DNA from: Burkholderiales bacterium
GTDB lineage: Bacteria; Pseudomonadota; Gammaproteobacteria; Acidiferrobacterales; Sulfurifustaceae
Direction: 5' to 3'
DNA length: 64,000 bases
Assembly: GCA_036563785.1 (NCBI GenBank)
Contig: DATCLR010000120.1
Span: forward strand, 4,998-68,997
Below are positions 59,078 through 64,000 of this stretch, piece after piece. Position 1 is the stretch's first letter; each line of letters opens with the position of its first letter. The notes below the pieces were generated by a model. It did not search any database. It had not been told where the DNA came from and worked only from the letters and a program-made list of their open reading frames with translations. The translations under genes and the position numbers were made by a program.

Positions 59078-60880
59078 TCAGTCCGCCTCGCGCTCCGGCA
59101 CGCAGCAGAGCCGCGCGGCCTCCGGTGCGGCCTCGAGCACGCCGCCGGTGATGGTGTTCGGCCGGTAGGTGGTGCAGCCCTTCAATCCCTGCGCGTAGGC
59201 GTAGCGGTAGATGTCCTTGAATTCCTCGAACGGGAAATCCGCCGGCACGTTGATCGTCTTCGAGATCGAGCTGTCGACGTACGGCTGCAGCGCCGCCTGC
59301 ATATCGAGGTGCGCGGCCGGCGGCAGCTCCTGCGCGCTCACGAACGCGCGCGGGAGCGGCTCGTCGCCGCGCAGCGCGCGCCAGCGCTCGAGCGCGTAGT
59401 CGGTGAGCTCGTACTCGCGCGTGCTGCCGTCGAGCTCGAGCACGCGGCGGCGGTAGCGGAACGCGTACACCGGCTCGATGCCGCTCGAGACGTTGTTCGC
59501 GAGCAGGCTTATCGTGCCGGTCGGTGCGATCGCCGTCAGGTGGCTGTTGCGGATGCCGTAGTTCCTGATCCCTTCCTGGATGTCCTCGGGCAGCCGACGG
59601 ACGAACTCGCCCGCGAGATAGCGCTCGTGCTCGAAGAAGGGGAACGGGCCCTTTTCGCGCGCGAGCGCGATCGAGCAGCGGTAGGCTTCGTGGCACACGG
59701 TGCGCATGACGCGCGCCGCGAGCTCGCGGGCCGGCGGCTCGCCGTAGTGCAGCCCGAGCATGAGGAGCGCATCGGCGAGGCCGGTGAGGCCGAGACCGAT
59801 GCGCCGCGCGCCGTTCGCCATTTCCGCCTGGCGCTCGAGCGGGAAGCGCGAAACGTCGATGACGTTGTCCATCATGCGCACCGCGATGCGCGCCGTCGCG
59901 GCGATGCCGTCGAGATCGAGCGAGGCTTTCTCGGTGAACGGATCGCGCACGAACGCGACGAGATTGATCGAGCCGAGGTCGCAGGCGCCGTAGGGCGGAA
60001 GCGGCAGCTCGCCGCACGGGTTCGTCGCGCTGATGTGCTCCCGATACCAGAGGTTGTTGAGCCGGTTGATGCGATCGACGAAGAGCACGCCCGGCTCGGC
60101 GTATTCGTAGGTCGCGCGCATGAGCTTTTCCCAGAGCGCGCGCGCCCGCACGCGCCGATAGACGCGGCAGGGCACCGGCGCGAGCGCGCCGGACCAGCGG
60201 CGCATCACGATTTCGCCTTCGTCGGCGCGCGCGGGGAACACGAGCGGCCACTCCGCATCGGCCTCGACCGCCTGCATGAACTCGTCGGTCACGAGCACCG
60301 ACAGGTTGAAGTTCCGCAGCTCCCCGGGCGTCTGCTTCGCCGCGATGAAGGTCTCGATATCGGGGTGATCGCAGCGCAGCGTCGCCATCATGGCGCCGCG
60401 GCGCGCGCCGGTGGACAGCAGCGTCGCGCACATCGCGTCCCAGATACGCATGAACGATACCGGTCCGGAGGCGACGCCGCCGACCGCGCGGGCCGGCGCC
60501 CCGCGCGGACGCAGGGTCGAGAAGTCGTAGCCGACGCCGCCGCCCTGCTGCATGGTGAGGGCGCCCTCCTTGAGACCGTCGAAGATGCCGTCCATGGAGT
60601 CCTCGATCGTGCCCATGACGAAGCAATTGAAAAGCGTCACGCGCCGCCCCGTTCCCGCGCCGGCCTGAATGCGCCCGCCGGGCAGGAAACGGAATCCGGC
60701 GAGGGCCTCGTAGAAACGCTCCACCCAGGACGGATCCTTCTCCGGCGCGGCCAAGGCACGCGCGATGCGGCGCCACGTGTCCTCGATGGTCGCCTCGAGC
60801 GGCCCTTGCTCTGTCCGGAAGCGGTACTTGGTGTCCCAGATGTGGTACGCGATCGGAGTCGTGAACGGCGCGGTGGTCAT
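59078..60880 (-). CDS. nrdJ: Class II (adenosylcobalamin-dependent) ribonucleotide reductase
   Basis: ATG at 60880 inside the listed ORF. ATNPCGELPLPPYGACDLGSINL active-site region and C-terminal KGCTTYRPN. Confidence 0.9.
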   Translation of the reverse strand: MTTAPFTTPIAYHIWDTKYRFRTEQGPLEATIEDTWRRIARALAAPEKDPSWVERFYEALAGFRFLPGGRIQAGAGTGRRVTLFNCFVMGTIEDSMDGIFDGLKEGALTMQQGGGVGYDFSTLRPRGAPARAVGGVASGPVSFMRIWDAMCATLLSTGARRGAMMATLRCDHPDIETFIAAKQTPGELRNFNLSVLVTDEFMQAVEADAEWPLVFPARADEGEIVMRRWSGALAPVPCRVYRRVRARALWEKLMRATYEYAEPGVLFVDRINRLNNLWYREHISATNPCGELPLPPYGACDLGSINLVAFVRDPFTEKASLDLDGIAATARIAVRMMDNVIDVSRFPLERQAEMANGARRIGLGLTGLADALLMLGLHYGEPPARELAARVMRTVCHEAYRCSIALAREKGPFPFFEHERYLAGEFVRRLPEDIQEGIRNYGIRNSHLTAIAPTGTISLLANNVSSGIEPVYAFRYRRRVLELDGSTREYELTDYALERWRALRGDEPLPRAFVSAQELPPAAHLDMQAALQPYVDSSISKTINVPADFPFEEFKDIYRYAYAQGLKGCTTYRPNTITGGVLEAAPEAARLCCVPEREAD

Positions 60881-60947
60881 CGCTGGTTCCTTCGGACGAC
60901 AGCTAACAGCATAACCAAGCGTGCCCGGCACGTCTCGCGGCAAGCGG

Positions 60948-60961
60948 TTGATTTGGATCAA
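60948..60961. promoter_or_regulatory. Perfect FNR/Anr box TTGAT-TTGG-ATCAA between divergent nrdJ and usp
   Basis: Exact consensus palindrome. Centre about 74 nt from the nrdJ ATG and about 96 nt from the usp ATG. Confidence 0.7.
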
Positions 60962-61050
60962 AGCGGCGCCGCCGCAGTAAGGTAGCCTCTTTTTTCGAGG
61001 GCATTTCTGGGTGAGGATTGCGGGACAACGACGAAACCGCGGAGCAGATA

Positions 61051-61494
61051 ATGTACAAGAACCTGTTGATCGCCACCGATGGATCGCCTAGGTCCCGCAA
61101 GATGGTGCAGGAGGGAGTGAAGCTCGCGAAGGCGCTCGATGCCCGGGTCGTCGGGGTGCACGTCTACCCCGCGCATTTCGGCCTCACGTACGGGAAGGTG
61201 GGTGTCATCGATGCGCGCACGCAGGTGCGGTTGCGTGCAATCGCGCGCAAGGAAGGAGAGCGTTATCTCGAACAAGTGCGCCAGGCGGCAGAGCGCGCCG
61301 GCGTTCCCTGCGAGACGGCGCTGCTCGAGCACGATCAGGTCTGGAAGGCGATCATCGACACTGCGCGCAAGCGCCGCTGCGACTTGATTCTCATGGCGGC
61401 GCACAGCCGCGGGCCGCTGGCCCGGCTGGTGCTCGGGAGCGAGACGAACAAGGTGCTGATGAACTCGAAGATCCCGGTGCTGGTGTACCGCTGA
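61051..61494 (+). CDS. Universal stress protein (UspA family)
   Basis: MYKNLLIATDGSPRS..., C-terminal LVLGSETNKVLMNSKIPVLVYR. Confidence 0.85.
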   Translation: MYKNLLIATDGSPRSRKMVQEGVKLAKALDARVVGVHVYPAHFGLTYGKVGVIDARTQVRLRAIARKEGERYLEQVRQAAERAGVPCETALLEHDQVWKAIIDTARKRRCDLILMAAHSRGPLARLVLGSETNKVLMNSKIPVLVYR

Positions 61495-61528
61495 TCCGGC
61501 GGGCACGCCGCTCGAACCACGCGAGGAG

Positions 61529-61978
61529 GTGCGCATGTTCAAGAACATCCTGATTCCGACCGACGGTTCCGAGATGTCCGAAGACGCGGCGCGCAAGGGG
61601 GCGGCGCTCGCCAAGCTGCACGGTGCACGCATCGTCGGCGTGCACGTGTTCCCGGTGAGCCTCGGCATTTACTACGGCGAGGCCGTGTGGGTGGACGAGA
61701 CCATGCGTACCCAGATGCAGGAAGCCGCGGCGGCCGAAGGGCGCAAGTACCTCGACAAGCTGGAAGAGATCGTGCGCGCCGAGGGGGTGCCGTTCGAGCG
61801 CGTGCTGATCGAGGGCGACAGCCCGTGGCAGGGGATCGTCGAAACCGCCGACCGCAAGGGCTGCGATCTCATCGTGATGGCGGCGCACGGCCGGCGGGGC
61901 ATCGCGGCGGTGCTGCTGGGAAGCGAAACCAACCGGGTGCTGACGCACACCAAGATACCCGTGCTGGTCTACCGGTGA
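61529..61978 (+). CDS. Universal stress protein (UspA family)
   Basis: MFKNILIPTDGSEMS..., AAHGRRGIAAVLLGSETNRVLTHTKIPVLVYR. The start is either 61529 or 61535. Confidence 0.85.
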   Translation: MRMFKNILIPTDGSEMSEDAARKGAALAKLHGARIVGVHVFPVSLGIYYGEAVWVDETMRTQMQEAAAAEGRKYLDKLEEIVRAEGVPFERVLIEGDSPWQGIVETADRKGCDLIVMAAHGRRGIAAVLLGSETNRVLTHTKIPVLVYR

Positions 61979-62102
61979 GAGTCCCGATTCCGGCGGCGCC
62001 CGTTGCGCGCTTTCCCCGTTCGACCGGGGTGGTCCGCCGCTATAGACTGGCGTCGTCGGCCTCCGGACGGACCACAGGCCGCACGGACGACACGGAGGTG
62101 TC

Positions 62103-62750
62103 ATGCGCTTCAAGGATCGCAAGGACGCCGGCCGGCAGCTCGCGGAGCTCCTCGCCGGCCGTTACGCCGGTATCGACGGCATCGTCTACGCTCTGCCGCG
62201 CGGCGGGGTGGTCCTCGGCGCCGAAGTCGCACGGCGGCTCGGGCTTCCGCTCGATCTCATCATCGCGCGCAAGATCGGCCACCCGCGCAATCCCGAGTAC
62301 GCGATCGGCGCCGTCACCGAGCAGGGAGAGCTCGTGACGAATCCGCGCGAAATCGAGTCGGTGCGGCGCGAATGGCTGGCGCGCGAGATCGAGAAGGAGC
62401 GGCGCGAGGCCGAGCGCCGCCACGCGGTGTACCTCGATGGGCGAACGCCGCTCTCGGCCGCCGGCCGCACGGCGATCCTCGTGGACGACGGCATCGCGAC
62501 CGGCCTCACCATGCTCGCGGCCATCCGCGCGGTGCAGCGCCAGAACCCCGCGCGTGTCGTCGTCGCGGTTCCGGTGGTGCCCGCCGACACCGCGGCGCAG
62601 CTCGAGCGGGAAGCGGACGAGGTCGTCGCGCTCGATGTGGCGGCGGACTACCTCGGTGCGGTCGGAGCCTACTACGACGACTTTCCTCAAGTCACCGACG
62701 GCGAAGTCGTCGAGCTCCTGCACGCGATGGAGCGCGAGACGTCCGCGTAG
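62103..62750 (+). CDS. Phosphoribosyltransferase-domain protein
   Basis: MRFKDRKDAGRQLAELL N-terminus and PRPP loop ILVDDGIATGLTM. Confidence 0.8.
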   Translation: MRFKDRKDAGRQLAELLAGRYAGIDGIVYALPRGGVVLGAEVARRLGLPLDLIIARKIGHPRNPEYAIGAVTEQGELVTNPREIESVRREWLAREIEKERREAERRHAVYLDGRTPLSAAGRTAILVDDGIATGLTMLAAIRAVQRQNPARVVVAVPVVPADTAAQLEREADEVVALDVAADYLGAVGAYYDDFPQVTDGEVVELLHAMERETSA

Positions 62751-62821
62751 CGAGACGTGCGTATGGCGGCGGGTTCCGGGTGGCGTCGCGCCGAGGGGCG
62801 CCTGTCGTACGAGGCGGCGGC

Positions 62822-63847
62822 GTGACGACGGTCGATGGTGCGCTCGCCTGGCCGCTCGAACGCAAGGTCGCGCTGCTCGCGCGTCCCGACTGCTACCCCG
62901 AGCGCCCCGCGCGTGTCGAAACCATCGAAACCCACATGTCGTGGGTGTTCCTGACTGCAACGCGCGCCTACAAGCTCAAGAAGCCGGTACGCCACGCCTT
63001 CCTCGACTACAGCACGCTCGCGGCGCGCGAGCACTATTGCCGCGAGGAAGTGCGCGTGAACCAGCCGCTCGCGGCGAGCGTGTATCTGGGCGTCGAAGCG
63101 CTCACCGTGGACGCCGACGGGCGCGCCGCGCTCGGGGGTCGCGGCACGCCGATCGAGTGGCTTGTCGTGATGCGCCGGCTCCCCGCGGCATGCCTGCTGG
63201 ACGCGGCGATCCGGGCGGGCACCGCCACGCGCCCGGCGGTCGCGGCGGCGGCCGAACGGCTCGCGGAATTCTACCGCAACGCGGCGCCCGTGACGCTGAG
63301 CGGCGAAGCGTATCGCCGCGCCTGCCGGACGCGCATCGAGGAGAACCGCGCGGTGCTCGGGGATCGGGCACACGGTCTTGCGCCGACGCTCGTGGCGCAA
63401 GTGCACGACTGGCTGACCGGCGCGCTCGAACGCGAGGCGGCGGCGTTTGCGCGCCGCGCGGAGGAGGGACGCATCGTCGACGGGCACGGCGACCTGCGGC
63501 CGGAGCACGTGGCGCTCGAGACGCCGCCGGTCGTCATCGATCGGCTCGAGTTCGACCGCAACCTGCGGCTGCTCGACGCGGTCGAGGAGCTCGCGTTCCT
63601 CGCGATGGAGTGCGAGCGCCTCGGCGCGCCGTGGGTGCGGGCGGTGCTGTTCGACGCCTACACCCGCGCAACCGGCGACGCCGCGCCCGAAGCGCTCGTG
63701 CGCTTCTACACCGTGCACCGCGCCTGCGTGCGCGCGCGCCTCGCGGCGCTACACACCGTCGATCTCCCGCCCGCCACTTGGCCGAAGTGGCGCGCGCGGG
63801 CGCGCGAGTATCTCGAGCTCGCGCGGGCACACGTTTCCGGCGCGTGA
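62822..63847 (+). CDS. APH-like phosphotransferase domain protein (paralog of the N-terminal half of 35244..36848)
   Basis: GTG at 62822 inside listed ORF 62003... ETHMSWVFLTATRAYKLKKP, HGDLRPEH. No P-loop domain. Confidence 0.7.
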   Translation: MTTVDGALAWPLERKVALLARPDCYPERPARVETIETHMSWVFLTATRAYKLKKPVRHAFLDYSTLAAREHYCREEVRVNQPLAASVYLGVEALTVDADGRAALGGRGTPIEWLVVMRRLPAACLLDAAIRAGTATRPAVAAAAERLAEFYRNAAPVTLSGEAYRRACRTRIEENRAVLGDRAHGLAPTLVAQVHDWLTGALEREAAAFARRAEEGRIVDGHGDLRPEHVALETPPVVIDRLEFDRNLRLLDAVEELAFLAMECERLGAPWVRAVLFDAYTRATGDAAPEALVRFYTVHRACVRARLAALHTVDLPPATWPKWRARAREYLELARAHVSGA

Positions 63848-64000
63848 CGCCTATGCAGCCAGGTTCGATCGAGACGAGCGGCCGGCGGGCGCTATGTGCG
63901 ACGGTGCGCGCTCGAACGCCGCCGCTCGTGCGCGTGCCCGGCCGGCGCCGTCTAGTGCGGCGGCAGCGGCGGGCGCTGCGCGCTTTCGCGCAGGCGCTGG

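Noticed and set aside
60881-61050. Cobalamin riboswitch or NrdR boxes upstream of nrdJ
   Set aside because: The leader implied by the FNR box is only about 30-70 nt. I could not find a B12-box-like element or paired 16-bp NrdR palindromes. The only strong dyad is the FNR consensus.

Overview
This is a GC-rich (about 70% by eye) proteobacterial chromosomal segment with beta/gamma-proteobacterial synteny. I recognised no rRNA, tRNA, CRISPR array, IS element or integrase. All family calls come from motifs read in the supplied translations; no BLAST or HMM search was possible.

nt 1-24,000 is conserved housekeeping. It contains comEC (5'-truncated), exbB-exbD-msbA-lpxK-trm112-kdsB, a LMW-PTP, rne divergent from rluC-HAD-Rieske-sppA, and maf divergent from yceD-rpmF-plsX-fabH-fabD-fabG-acpP-fabF. 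It ends with mltG-tmk-holB-pilZ-tatD.

nt 24,000-33,300 carries an acyl-CoA ligase, a class V aminotransferase, two adjacent ferritin-like ORFs, nudC and the protein acetyltransferase pat.

nt 33,300-64,000 is accessory, stress-type content:
- a Spy/ZraP-like periplasmic protein and a PilZ protein
- a DUF2934 protein, an APH-like/P-loop kinase, a CapA-family protein and a poly-Glu-tailed acidic ORF
- a LonC-like protease coupled to a tandem-USP protein, then an alkaline-phosphatase-family protein
- a ParE/RelE-type toxin-antitoxin pair, a dihaem cytochrome c4 and an AhpD/CMD-like protein
- two tandem DUF2892 genes and a frameshifted HD-domain gene
- an aminotransferase-ALDH pair and a four-gene MacAB-type efflux operon
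- rtcA, class II RNR nrdJ, and a usp-usp-PRTase-kinase operon

Main hunting result: six clear (two perfect) plus one weak FNR/Anr-type box (TTGAT-N4-ATCAA), all intergenic and all upstream of the stress-type genes. They tie these loci into a candidate low-oxygen/dormancy-like regulon. Its most unusual member is the Lon-like protease/tandem-USP/phosphatase module.
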